Assembly (NCBI GenBank): GCA_963699255.1
Contig: OY969425.1
Span: 1,410,001 to 1,442,000, forward strand
Direction of reading: 5' to 3'
From: an uncultured bacterium
Lineage (GTDB): Bacteria; Margulisbacteria; WOR-1; CAVSGV01
DNA: 32,000 nt
A program made the position numbers and the translations under genes. This document shows positions 1-10,889 of the stretch, in pieces. Each line of letters opens with the position of its first letter. The stretch's first letter is position 1. The notes under the pieces were generated by a model. That model saw only the letters and a list, made by a program, of their open reading frames with translations. It was not told the DNA's origin and searched no databases.

Positions 1-3000
1 ACGGGGGTGATCCTGTCCATGTAGTTCGCCCACTTGATCGCGACCTTAAGAACTATGCTGGAGAGGATCATTTGCCCGGTCTGCGGCACCACAATGTTCA
101 CGGACAGCGACTGAATGATCTTTGTGAAATCCTGGTCAACGAATGACCCGCCGAGGATTTCACCGCCGTTGTCCTCTTGTGACCAGTCATAGTTCGCGGT
201 CCCATATGTGAACACTCTGTATACGGCGTGCGCGTCAATATCCGACTTGTGGGCGCTCTGGTCCGGTGTGCTTGTGACCTTTACGCTGTAATTCCCTGAG
301 AGGTCCAGGTTATCCATGGCTTTATAAGTAGTTCCAATGCTTGTCGTCTGACTTTGGGATATGGTGTCGACCGGGGTAATGGGATCGTCATTTTTATTTA
401 TGTAATCCTCCTGTCCGATACCTGTAGTTATGGACCAAACACTGATCGGCGACACAGTGAAATCGTAGTTCTGGTCAAATGTCCTTGTATCCGTTGAGAC
501 CTCAGAAGTTCCCACCGGACCCTTCATTAAGCTTGTGGCGAGATTATATTTCGTGGTCAGTTTGTAATTTGAGCCTGAAAGTGCCGTATGGTCGATCGAG
601 TATGTGTTCGCATTTCCTGAAGTCCTTACGCCGTTCTCCAGAAGAGAATCATCTATCGATCCCGACCAGCCGAGCGAGGTTGAAGAGTACGGGGTGAGCC
701 TGATATCAGCGGACGAGCGCTCGGTCTTCGGGTTTCCGAAAGCGGTCGTGACGGTCGGAGTTTCCTGGCGGTTATGATCTACGCTTGTGGTAAGTTGATC
801 AATGGGCACGAAGTCGGCGTGATAAGTTTCATTGACCGTAGATTGTGCCGCGCCTGATAGGAGATCATATGAATTTTGGCCTATTTTATTCCAATATGTG
901 TATAGTTTTTTAATGTTGCCAAAGGTCAGGTCCCAGTTTAAATTGGAACTTAGATCGTCGGTTTCTTGTCTTTGTACGGTTTTTCCTTGCGACCTGCTTC
1001 CAGCTTCGTATGATATTGTGCTCGCTTGGTTCACCTGGTAATCCAGTATCCATTTAACTCTCTTGGTGAAATTAAACGTGTCGCTGGTATGAAAATAATC
1101 TATTGTCGAATCCTGCGGAAGGACCTTATCCTCCGTGTCCGTGTAAGACAGGGTCTTACTTGCGTCATTCGAGTTGGAAAATCCGAATTCCCCCCAACTT
1201 AATGAATTGGGCACTACGCTAAGTGAATAAGCGAGCGACTTGGCGTCATTATTGTGTATCGCACCTTTCGAAAGCAGATCATCCATTGTATCGTATTCCC
1301 TTAGATTGAAATTAACCTGCGCCAATCCCAGAGTATTGAATCCGGTCGACAAGTTCGTGTCATAAGCATGCAGGAACTTATCGGGATAGTTGTTTATCGG
1401 AGTATTGGTCTCCTTCCGGTCGGCGGAGAACCAGAAACTCGACCAAAAACTCGGGAACGGCGTCATTTTTGTGTACGCATGCTTGTAATCGCTTCCCAGG
1501 GGAATGGAAGTGCCGCCCATAGGAGAGAAATCCGCGTCAACTTTCTTGTAATCGGCGGCAAACTCCAGGTTCGGAAGCGGTTTGATATCTCCGCCGAACT
1601 TATATGCGCTGCCTTGTTTTTCGGTTACCGAGGTCACTATCCCGGCGGAACTTTGATAATTGTAATCTATGGAGATAACATCAGCGGTTGCGGGGACTAT
1701 TATGAAAAAGGTCAGAACGCCGTATCCTCCGGAAGAGTTCGAGTCATAGAAGAATGAATATTGGTCGTCCCTGTTCAGCTTTTGTCCATTCATGTAGACC
1801 TGGTCACTTCCGTCTATGATCGTTCCGGGACTCTTTAAATTAAAAGTACTTGGATACGGCGTTGCCGTTGAACGTTTCATTTGTGCTCACGGTCGTATAT
1901 ACCTGATCGGTCCTTGACCTTGCGAACGATCCCCCGAGGTTCAGGTAATCCCCCACCTGCAAGGTGAAATCGGTCCCAACAACATCGTGCGATATGGGGC
2001 TGGTCGAAGCGCTTGTCTGGGGCACAAAATTAAAGATCACGGTGAAATTGATGTCTTTTAGGTAGAAAGTTTCACCGTCCACGACTATCGGATCATTGTT
2101 GAAGGTGATGCTCGGCGGATCCGAATAATTGATGGAATAATGCCCGTCATATACCCCGACACCGCTGTTCCTTGTCAACATCTTAATTATCGGGTTCGGG
2201 AGATCCTTCCTCCATATCTGCACTTGTTCCGCTCCGGGAACAAGGTTTCGGAAACCCCCAAGATAATAAGTCCTCGTACTGCTGATCCCTGAACCGGTGT
2301 ATCGGTCGGCAGACCATTTGCCGTAATTATAGCTGATATCGACTTCATCGGTCGCGGAAATGGGCCCAAGAAATTTAATTGTACCTGTCTTAAGTCCGTC
2401 GGACGTGTCCATGGGATCGGTCTTATACGCTAGCTTCGTGTCCGGAATGACGGTGACGGTACCGTTAGAAACCTCGACAGTTGGGAATACATAGTCCGTG
2501 CCGTACACCTGTACCACGTTGTCCTTCCTTACTTCAACCTCGCCCGTGCTGGTTACCGGCCTGTAGCTCAGGTATATCGTGCCATTGATTTTCGGATCTG
2601 GGTTTATTATATCGCTGCCGGATTTAGTGTCCGAGGCCGCAACACTTGGCGCCGTTTCTCCTCTTGAGCCGGATTCTTTTAAATAACTGACGCCGATATT
2701 CAGAGCCCGCGGCACGGCTGGAGCGGGAGGGGGAGGTGTTGTTATTGTGACAAGGTGTTTGTACTTGACCACGATGTTCGCTGTTTGGGGAATATCGGCA
2801 AAGAACGAGATCCTTCCAAGGTCATAGTCTATCTTGTAATCCAATTCCCTGAAATAAGGCGTGTTATTTACGTACACCGATTCGCTTTCTTCAACTATAT
2901 CCTTGAAAGAAAGAGAGTACGGGCCCTTTCCGGTGCCGTGCAGGGTCTCGGATTCCTCGGTAACCTCTATATACTGATACTCAACTATCAACGGCTCCGC

Positions 3001-4377
3001 GATGGTGGGGAGATTCGGACGGAGCAGTGAAATCGTCCCATCCTGATAGTTTATTATGTAATCTTCTAATCTTTTCAGCTGGGTTCCTGAGAAAGTTATC
3101 TTTTCGCTGTATGGGATTACGGGAATGTTTTTTAACCTGTAATTTCCGGTACTTTCCCATTCATATTCTTTGGATCCTGTTTCAGGGGTGACGATCATAT
3201 TTGCCGCTTCCGGAGATGCTGCAGGTCTTGTCGTAATTCCCTGCGTTTCAGGGGTGACGATCATATTTGCCGCTTCCGGAGATGCTGCAGGTCTTGTCGT
3301 AATTCCCTGCGTTTCAGGGGTGACGATCATATTTGCCGCTTCCGGAGATGCTGCAGGCTTTGTCGTAGCGCCCTGCGTTTCAGGGGTGACGATCATATTT
3401 GCCGCTTCCGGAGATGCTAAGAGCTTTGTCTGAATAGCCTCCGTTTCAGGGCTGACAAGCCCCAACGAAGGTGTTGGGGCAAGCCTTATGGTCACCTCAG
3501 GAGATGCACTAAGCCTTGTCGGAAAGATCTCTGTACTTTGTTTTATTGATTTTTCGGTTTTTTTTGCAGGCATACCGAGAAGTTCAGGATTAACCGTTAT
3601 GCTTGTTTGTAATCCGACGAAATCCCTTTTTGATACCGTTGGGAAGAACAGATCCATTAAGTTCGTGAATTCGTAAGAGTATTTAAATTCATCATATGGG
3701 GAGAGGATCCTGGAAAAAGTTATCTTACCGCTGAAGTAGTCTATGGTATAATCCGGTCCGCGGGTGAGCGGGACGTTATTCAACTCAACCTTTTCGGATC
3801 CCTCGATTATTGAGCCGTGGCCCAGATTATAAGGGCCTTTTGTGTTATTGCCGGTCTGAGATACAAGCGACTGCGTATCACTTTGCAGTTTTGAAGAAGG
3901 AACAAGAACGAGATCGTACCAGGTATCCTTTGATGTTATCATTACGCCGTTCAGATATTTAGAAGTCGAGACAAATTCGTTTTCGCCGAAGTTCGCCTGC
4001 AGGTCCCCGAAGGTCAAGTCCGTCTTGTCATATGTGACCTTTACGTCGAATTTGTCCGGCATGTCGGGTTGCTGTTCAAGGTCGTATGATACGGAGAGTT
4101 TTTCGGTCAACTTACCGATTATGTTCAGTTTCAGCCTTTCCTGCCACGGGCCGCCCGCGTAATATCCGCCCAGCAGCGCCTGTGCCGCGAATAAATTCTG
4201 TATCTCGTCAACATTAAGGCTTGTATATGAATATTGCTTATAGCCTGTAACGTCGACCTGGGGATAGGTATCAGCGGGAAACGCAGTTAAATTCAGAAAT
4301 AAGACAAACAATAGACATATGGACGCAAGAAGACCTGCGCGGAAGCTCAAATTACGCTTTAAATTTCTTTGCAGCAA
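1..4377 (-). CDS. Very large exported cell-surface/outer-membrane-type protein, partial (runs off left edge), interrupted by a frameshift near 1841-1848
   Basis: ORF 1840-4377 has an N-terminal signal-like segment ([33 protein letters not shown]) and several 'GxxxxxxxIxExSExVxxNxxxxxRxxDYxIDYxxGxIxF' modules. After the stop at 1840-1842, the adjacent frame stays open wherever I hand-translated it, down to the window edge (e.g. [20 protein letters not shown]; [20 protein letters not shown]; [21 protein letters not shown]; [15 protein letters not shown]). Confidence 0.75.
3180..3443. repeat. 66-bp tandem repeat, 4 units (starts 3180, 3246, 3312, 3378), with a degenerate unit from 3444
   Basis: Unit tttcaggggtgacgatcatatttgccgcttccggagatgctgcaggtcttgtcgtaattccctgcg. 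Units 1 and 2 are identical; units 3 and 4 diverge at the end. Encodes a 22-aa repeat [22 protein letters not shown]. Confidence 0.95.
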
Positions 4378-5596
4378 TTACTGCGTTGTGCCCTCCAAAT
4401 CCGAACGAATTCGAGATCGCGGCGCGAATAAGCATTTTCCTTGCTTTTCCCGGCACATAATCCAGATCGCATTCCGGGTCAGGGTTTTCAAGGTTTATTG
4501 TCGGTGGTGCAATGTCATTTGCAAGCGAGAGCACGGTTGCGATGAACTCTACAGCTCCGGCGGCCCCAAGCATGTGTCCCATCATGGATTTATTCGAGCT
4601 TATCGCGATCTTTTTTGCTCGATCGCCGAAGCAAGTCTTGATAGCCATTGTCTCGTACTTATCATTAAGGTCAGTCGATGTTCCATGAGCATTGATATAA
4701 TCTATATCTTCCGGACTAAGTCCCGCGTCTTTTATCGCAAGAGCGATCGCTCTGGCGGCGCCTTCGCCTCCCGGGGCCGGCGCAGTTATATGGTGCGCAT
4801 CTCCCGACATGCCGTATCCGGCGACTTCGGCGTAGATATGCGCGCCTCTTTCCATTGCATGTTCAAGAGATTCCAGCACAACTATTCCCGAACCTTCTCC
4901 CATCACGAACCCATTTCTTTCCTTATCGAAGGGCCTGGAGGCGCGTTCCGGCTCGTTATTCCTTGTTGATAGAGCTCTTGCGGCGGCAAATCCGGCGACA
5001 CCAAGCGGGGTGATGGAAGCTTCTGCTCCACCGGCGAACATTATGTCGGCGTCTCCGCGTTCAATTATCCTGGCGGCATCGCCGATGCAATTTGTTCCTG
5101 TCGCACATGCGGTCACAACGCAACTGTTCGGTCCTTTTAGGCCAAGGAATATCGAGACCTGTCCGGCAGCCATGTTCGTTATCATCCACGGGACCATGAA
5201 AGGCGAACATTTATCGGGACCTTTTTCATTGATCGTTTTAGCTTGTTCCTCAAGGAAACCGATCCCTCCGATGCCCGAACCTATTAGAGTTCCGGCGCGC
5301 TCGGCGTTATCTGGAGTTATGGAAAGCTTCGCGTCGGCAAGAGCTATCTTTGCTGCAGCAATGGCGAATTGTATGAAGTGCACGATCCGCCTGGAGTCCT
5401 TTTTGTCCATATAGAGGGAGGGGTCAAAGTCCTTTACTTCCGCCGCTATCTGGCAGGAAAAATTGGTCGGGTCGAAATGGGTTATCCTCCCGACGCCTGA
5501 TTTTCCGGAGGTCAAGTTATTCCAGAAAGCGTCTTTTCCGGTCCCGATCGGAGTAACGCATCCAAGGCCTGTTACAACAACTCTCACCCTTTGCAT
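4352..5596 (-). CDS. fabF: 3-oxoacyl-ACP synthase II (beta-ketoacyl-ACP synthase)
   Basis: 414 aa, [13 protein letters not shown] start, [13 protein letters not shown] active-site region, NAHGTST and [17 protein letters not shown] motifs. Confidence 0.95.
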   Translation of the reverse strand: MQRVRVVVTGLGCVTPIGTGKDAFWNNLTSGKSGVGRITHFDPTNFSCQIAAEVKDFDPSLYMDKKDSRRIVHFIQFAIAAAKIALADAKLSITPDNAERAGTLIGSGIGGIGFLEEQAKTINEKGPDKCSPFMVPWMITNMAAGQVSIFLGLKGPNSCVVTACATGTNCIGDAARIIERGDADIMFAGGAEASITPLGVAGFAAARALSTRNNEPERASRPFDKERNGFVMGEGSGIVVLESLEHAMERGAHIYAEVAGYGMSGDAHHITAPAPGGEGAARAIALAIKDAGLSPEDIDYINAHGTSTDLNDKYETMAIKTCFGDRAKKIAISSNKSMMGHMLGAAGAVEFIATVLSLANDIAPPTINLENPDPECDLDYVPGKARKMLIRAAISNSFGFGGHNAVIAAKKFKA

Positions 5597-6627
5597 TCTT
5601 CAACCTCTTTCACCAGTTCGTTAAGTACATCAACAGCAGGACGTATCCTTTTATCCTTTATTTTCCAGACATGGTCGCCGGTGAAAACAATGCCTTCGTC
5701 AACATTGCCCTGTTGTGCGTTGATGAGGGCTTGAATGATACAGTATTTAAGCGAACATTTTTTCAGGCAGTAATCACAACCGATCGGTTTCGGAGCTGTC
5801 CCGTCAAGGATCTTTTTAACGAATTTTGTTTTTATCGCCCTCCCTGGCATTCCGACGGGACTTGATATTATCGCGATGTCCTCTTTTTTCGCGTTTTGAT
5901 AAACCTTTTTGTATTCCGGAGCCGCGGCGCATTCATTGGTCAGGACGAACCTGGTCGCGATCTGCACGCCGTTCGCTCCAAGCTTGAACATCTTCACTAT
6001 GTCGCAGCCGTCCGTTATTCCGCCAGCCGCTATGACCGGAAGGTCGGTAACGGCCCTTACCTCGGGGAGGATCAATTCGATGGACCTGTCCGTTCCCAGG
6101 TGGCCGCCCGCCTCAGTCCCTTCCACAACAATAGCTGCGGCACCGCATTTCGTTGCTGTCTTTGCCAGTTTAGCGGAGGAAACTATCGGCAGTATGGGAG
6201 TGTTCGATTCTTTTCCTATCTTAAAAATATCCCTGGAGAACCCGGCGCCGGTAGTTATAAAGCTGATCTTCTCGCTTATTGCCGTGTTCACCGCGCCAAG
6301 GAATTCCCTTGCGGCGAACATGATGTTTATCCCGACCAGGCCGCCTTTCGCGATCTCCTTTGCCTTTCTTATTTCGATCCTCAGTTCGGCAAGGTCCATT
6401 CCGGAAGCGCCGATCACGCCTACAGCGCCGGCGGCAGCAACGGTTCCTGCAAGAAGACCGGTCGAAATTTTCACTGCCATGCCGCCCTGCACTATCGGTA
6501 TTTTCGCTACAAGATCCCCAATTTTAAGCTCAGGAAGCTTCAAACTTTTTCCTCCCACTGAATATTGATAATCAAAACCACACCAATAACCTACGATACA
6601 AAAAACCTCATTTATCTTATCTGCCAT
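5584..6627 (-). CDS. fabK: FMN-dependent enoyl-ACP reductase II / nitronate monooxygenase family protein
   Basis: [52 protein letters not shown] motifs; located in a fab operon, 13-bp overlap with fabF. Specific FabK versus nitronate monooxygenase function is inferred from context. Confidence 0.75.
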   Translation of the reverse strand: MADKINEVFCIVGYWCGFDYQYSVGGKSLKLPELKIGDLVAKIPIVQGGMAVKISTGLLAGTVAAAGAVGVIGASGMDLAELRIEIRKAKEIAKGGLVGINIMFAAREFLGAVNTAISEKISFITTGAGFSRDIFKIGKESNTPILPIVSSAKLAKTATKCGAAAIVVEGTEAGGHLGTDRSIELILPEVRAVTDLPVIAAGGITDGCDIVKMFKLGANGVQIATRFVLTNECAAAPEYKKVYQNAKKEDIAIISSPVGMPGRAIKTKFVKKILDGTAPKPIGCDYCLKKCSLKYCIIQALINAQQGNVDEGIVFTGDHVWKIKDKRIRPAVDVLNELVKEVEECKG

Positions 6628-6660
6628 CTCTCCCGATCAGATCGGGGGATCCGGCGGAGA

Positions 6661-6906
6661 TTACTTTTTCGAGTGAGATAAAATATAGTTTACTGTATCG
6701 CCTACTGTCTTTATCTTTTCCGCTTCTTCATCCGGGATCTCTATACTGAAAGCTTCTTCAAGCGCCATGACCAGCTCCACCGTGTCCAGAGAGTCGGCGC
6801 CGAGGTCATCAACGAAAGAAGCCTCCCTTTTCACTTCGCCTTCCGAAACTCCAAGCTGGTCAACAACGACTTTCTTTACCTGATCGAAAATTTTTGCCTC
6901 ATCCAT
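6661..6906 (-). CDS. acpP: Acyl carrier protein
   Basis: 81 aa with [18 protein letters not shown] phosphopantetheine attachment motif. Confidence 0.95.
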   Translation of the reverse strand: MDEAKIFDQVKKVVVDQLGVSEGEVKREASFVDDLGADSLDTVELVMALEEAFSIEIPDEEAEKIKTVGDTVNYILSHSKK

Positions 6907-7042
6907 TTACGTTTTTCACCCCCTTTTTCAATTACACAATTAACAATTAGACAATGACCAATGAAAGTGTGCTTCGCACATTTTTAATAATAATATTATT
7001 ATCCTTAATTGTTCATTGTGTCATTATTCATTGTTCATTGCC

Positions 7043-7779
7043 CTACATGTACATCCCGCCGTTCACATTAATGACCTGGCCGGTTATATAATCCGCGTCC
7101 GTGCACAGGAACACAACAGCTTTCGCTATATCATCCGGCGTCCCCAGTCTTGTCAGGGGATCTGCTCGCTTAAACGCTTTTTCACATCGTCAGATAGCTT
7201 TTGCGTCATAGCCGTGTCGATAAAACCGGGAGCTATGGCATTGCACGTGATCCCTCTTGATGCAAGCTCCTTAGCAGCGGTTTTAGTCAAACCTATCGCT
7301 CCGGCTTTTGCCGCCGAATAATTCGCCTGTCCGAAATTTCCCATTTCACCAACTATCGATGCTATGTTCACTATTCTACCCCATCTGTTTTTCATCATCA
7401 AGGGAGCTACGGCTTTTGTGCAAAGGAACATCGATCTCAGGTTCACCGAAAGCACCGCATCCCACTCCTCGTCTTTCATCCTTATCAAAAGATTATCCTT
7501 GGTAATTCCGGCATTATTGATGAGAATGTCGATCTTACCGAACGTTTTCACGGCTTCATCTATCGTTGATTTCACGCTCTCGGCATCCGCTACGTTGGTT
7601 TTTGTCGCGATAGCCTTCACTCCCAGCTTTGCTATTTCATCGGCCGTTGTCTTTGCGGCATCTATGTTGATGTCGGAAATGATCAAATCCGCGCCTTCTC
7701 TAGCAAGGGACTCGGCAATGGCTTTGCCTATACCCTGAGCTGACCCGGTCACTAAAGCAACGCGTCCTTTTAACTTCAT
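7043..7779 (-). CDS. fabG: 3-oxoacyl-ACP reductase, frameshifted in this sequence at the G(4) run 7156-7159
   Basis: ORF 7153-7779 carries [17 protein letters not shown] and YSAAKAG motifs but stops after LSEQIP. In the next frame the expected C-terminus follows: [37 protein letters not shown], stop at 7043-7045. Confidence 0.9.
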
Positions 7780-7793
7780 ATTATTACCCTCCT

Positions 7794-8744
7794 TTAAACC
7801 TCGGGATGAGGATGCCAGCTCCCCAGGAATTCTCCCAGAGTCGCGGCATCGGATACATTATATATCTTCGATTTAGGATTTATCTTCTTTATGAGCCCCG
7901 TCAGCACCTTTCCGGGACCGACCTCAAGAAAAGTGTCAAAACCGTCGCTTACCAATTTGTTTATTGAATTCTCCCAGAGAACAGGGGAGGTCATCTGTTT
8001 CACGAGAAGCTCTTTTATGACAGCCGCGCTTGTAACATAATCCGCTGTAACATTTGAAACCACCGGTATCGAGGCGTCTTTTATGTTTATCCTGTTAAGT
8101 TCCTCCGCGAGCTTATCCGCTGCGGGTTCCATCAAACTCGAGTGGAACGGCGCGCTGACCTGAAGTTCGATCACTCTTTTTGCGCCGGCCTGTTTGCATA
8201 ACACGGAGGCTTCGGCAACTCCCGCCACTTTCCCGGATATAACGGTCTGTCCGGGGCTGTTGATGTTCGCCGCTTCGACCGTTCCTTTGGCGGAGGCTTT
8301 CGCGCATATATCTTTTACGATGCCGTGATCAAGCCCGAGTATCGCCGCCATGGTGCCTTCTCCAACGGGCACCGCTGTCTGCATGAACTTTCCGCGTAAA
8401 TTGACAAGTTTAACGGCATCCTTAAAGCTGAGCGAGCCCGCCGAATATAACGCGGTATATTCACCGAGGCTGTGCCCCGCGGCCGCTTCAACGTTTATCT
8501 TACCGAACGATCTTAATGCTTCAAGGCACATCGCGGAAACGGTCAGTATCGCAGGCTGTGTGATCTCCGTTCTTTTAAGTTCCTCTTCCGGCCCTTCGAA
8601 ACACAGCTTTGACAGGTCAAAACCGAGGGCTCCGTTGGCCTCATCGAGCAATTTTTTTGTGTAACTGAATTTTACGGAAAGGTCTTTTCCCATCCCGACA
8701 TACTGGGAACCCTGTCCTGGAAATACAAATGCAACTTTGCCCAA
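7794..8744 (-). CDS. fabD: Malonyl-CoA:ACP transacylase
   Basis: VFPGQGSQYVGMGKDL, AGHSLGEYTAL. The listed ORF starts at 8777, but a TTG at 8744 preceded by AAAGGAG gives the canonical N-terminus (LGKVAFVFPGQG). Confidence 0.93.
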   Translation of the reverse strand: MGKVAFVFPGQGSQYVGMGKDLSVKFSYTKKLLDEANGALGFDLSKLCFEGPEEELKRTEITQPAILTVSAMCLEALRSFGKINVEAAAGHSLGEYTALYSAGSLSFKDAVKLVNLRGKFMQTAVPVGEGTMAAILGLDHGIVKDICAKASAKGTVEAANINSPGQTVISGKVAGVAEASVLCKQAGAKRVIELQVSAPFHSSLMEPAADKLAEELNRINIKDASIPVVSNVTADYVTSAAVIKELLVKQMTSPVLWENSINKLVSDGFDTFLEVGPGKVLTGLIKKINPKSKIYNVSDAATLGEFLGSWHPHPEV

Positions 8745-8906
8745 ATTATTCTCCTTTGAATTAATCCTAATAACCAATTACCAAGCACCAAGTACCAAAT
8801 AATATCCAATCAACAAAACCCAAAAATCCCAAACCGTTTTATATATTGGTTATTGGATTTTGATATATGTTTGGAAACTTGGAATTTGGTTATTGATCAT
8901 TGATTG

Positions 8907-10103
8907 TTATCCTCTGACCTCTTTCAGCTTCCTTGTCAGCTTCGGAACGATCTCGAACAGATCGGCCACGATGCCGTAAGTCGCGACCTTGAATATCGGC
9001 GCGTCAGGGTCCTTATTGATGGCGACGATTATGTCGGACGAACCCATGCCGGCGAGGTGCTGTATTGCGCCGGATATCCCGACGGCTATGTAAAGTTTCG
9101 GGCACACCGTCTTTCCGGTCTGGCCGACCTGATGGTGGGAAGATATCCATCCCGCGTCAACGGTCGCGCGCGAAGCCCCGACCGCTCCGCCGATCACTTC
9201 CGCGAGTTCTTCAACAAGCTTAAAATTCTCCGCCGCCTGAAGCCCTCTTCCTCCGGAAACGATTATTTCGGCTTCGGCGAGGTTCACTTTTACCGTTGTG
9301 TCCTTGATTATATCGACGATCCTGACGAGAAGATCGTTCTGGTCGATCTTTGGAGCAACCTTGATTATTTGTCCTTTTCTTGAATGGTCCGGCGTGGCGC
9401 GCTTGAAGACCTTCGGCCTTACGGTGGACATCTGTGGCCTGTGGTTCTTGCATATGATGGTCGCCATGATGTTGCCGCCGAACGCGGGACGCGTCTGCTG
9501 AAGGAGTTTGGTTTCTTTGTCTATGGCGAGCCCGGTGCAGTCGGCGGTGAGGCCGGCGTTGATGCGCGCGGCAACTCTTGAAGCAAGGTCCCTTCCGGTG
9601 GTCGTTGCGCCGAAGAGCACTATCTCCGGCTTGTACTGCCTTATCATGTCAGAGATGATCGTTGAATAGGGGAGGGTTAGATAATTTTTAAGCTCCGGAG
9701 CCATTGCCACATATACTTTATCCGCTCCGCACTCGATCAGCTCTTTGGTCTCCGCTTCGACGTGCGCGTCGCCAAGAAGCAGAGCACACAATTCAACCCC
9801 CAGATCTTTCGCGAGCTTTCTGCCTTCACCGAGAAGCTCAAGGACCACGGGATGAACTTTACCCTCCTGCTGTTCAGCGACTACCCAAATGCCTTTGTAG
9901 AGGCCCTTGTCCACAACTTTTACGTCTTCTTTTGTTATCTCGATCGCTTTAAATTTGCATGAAGAGGGGCATGCTCCGCACAGCGTGCATTTGTCCAGGT
10001 CAATAATCGCCTTTCTGTTCTCTACTTTAATGGCCCCGACAGGACATGCCGGAACGCATAATTTGCAACCGATGCATTTTTCGTTGATCACTCTTATGCC
10101 CAT
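8907..10103 (-). CDS. etfA: Electron transfer flavoprotein alpha subunit with N-terminal double [4Fe-4S] ferredoxin domain
   Basis: N-terminus [16 protein letters not shown]...[12 protein letters not shown]; ETF-alpha body; FAD-binding C-terminus [11 protein letters not shown]..[31 protein letters not shown]. Confidence 0.93.
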   Translation of the reverse strand: MGIRVINEKCIGCKLCVPACPVGAIKVENRKAIIDLDKCTLCGACPSSCKFKAIEITKEDVKVVDKGLYKGIWVVAEQQEGKVHPVVLELLGEGRKLAKDLGVELCALLLGDAHVEAETKELIECGADKVYVAMAPELKNYLTLPYSTIISDMIRQYKPEIVLFGATTTGRDLASRVAARINAGLTADCTGLAIDKETKLLQQTRPAFGGNIMATIICKNHRPQMSTVRPKVFKRATPDHSRKGQIIKVAPKIDQNDLLVRIVDIIKDTTVKVNLAEAEIIVSGGRGLQAAENFKLVEELAEVIGGAVGASRATVDAGWISSHHQVGQTGKTVCPKLYIAVGISGAIQHLAGMGSSDIIVAINKDPDAPIFKVATYGIVADLFEIVPKLTRKLKEVRG

Positions 10104-10104
10104 T

Positions 10105-10887
10105 TCAGCAGACCTTCCTGTCTCTGAGTTTTTTCACCAGAGAGTCAACCATCTCATCCGCGGAGCCCTGGAGAATTTCGCCGCCGCCTTTTGGCGGAGG
10201 AGTGAATATACGGACCACCGACGTCGGAGATCCTTTCTGCCCGATCTTGCCGTCTTCCGCGTTTATGTCTTTCGCGCCCCACTGAGGGATAACGGCGCTC
10301 TTCGATTTTATCTTGCCTTTGAAAGAAGGCATTCGTGGAGTGTTCATCTGTTTTACGACGGTGATGAGCGCCGGCGGTTTTACTTCAACGATCTCGTTGG
10401 TATCTTCAAGGAGCCGGTTCACTTTCATAATGCCGTCGTTGATTTCAACTCCCACGGCGAACGTCACTTGCGGGATCTTCAGGAATTCGGATACCCCGGG
10501 ACCCACCTGAGCTGTGTCGCCGTCTATCGCCTGCTTGCCGCAGATGATAAGATCGAATGTTCCGATCTTTTTTATGGCCGAAGCGAGAGTATATGATGTC
10601 GCCCAGGTATCCGAGCCTGCGAAAGCCCTGTCTGATAACAGGATCGCTTCATCGGCGCCCAGGGCTATGGCATCCTTCAAGGCGGTTGTTGCCTGAGGAG
10701 GGCCCATGGTGATAACGGTGACTTTTCCGCCGTGTTTGTCGCGAAGCTGAAGTGCCGCTTCCAGGGCGTTCTCATCGAACGGATTGATGATGCTTTCAAC
10801 GCCTTCCCTTATCAGGGTATTTGTTTCGGGGTTGATCTTTACCTGGGTCGTTCCGGGGACCTGTTTTATACAGACGACAATGTTCAT
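10105..10887 (-). CDS. etfB: Electron transfer flavoprotein beta subunit
   Basis: MNIVVCIKQVPGTTQV..., CGKQAIDGDTAQVGPGVSEFL, ALITVVKQMNTPRMPSFKGK. Confidence 0.93.
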   Translation of the reverse strand: MNIVVCIKQVPGTTQVKINPETNTLIREGVESIINPFDENALEAALQLRDKHGGKVTVITMGPPQATTALKDAIALGADEAILLSDRAFAGSDTWATSYTLASAIKKIGTFDLIICGKQAIDGDTAQVGPGVSEFLKIPQVTFAVGVEINDGIMKVNRLLEDTNEIVEVKPPALITVVKQMNTPRMPSFKGKIKSKSAVIPQWGAKDINAEDGKIGQKGSPTSVVRIFTPPPKGGGEILQGSADEMVDSLVKKLRDRKVC

Positions 10888-10889
10888 TT

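Noticed and set aside
3180-3443. Possible CRISPR array
   Set aside because: 66-bp units are contiguous with no unique spacers and are in frame within a CDS.
4319-4969. 216-aa plus-strand ORF
   Set aside because: Lies antisense across the start of the surface-protein gene and fabF; no recognisable domain. Treated as a spurious antisense ORF.
5896-6568. Plus-strand ORFs of 221 and 219 aa in two frames
   Set aside because: Both antisense to the clear FabK-like gene; mirror-frame artefacts.
9907-10596. 229-aa plus-strand ORF
   Set aside because: Antisense to etfA/etfB; no family features.
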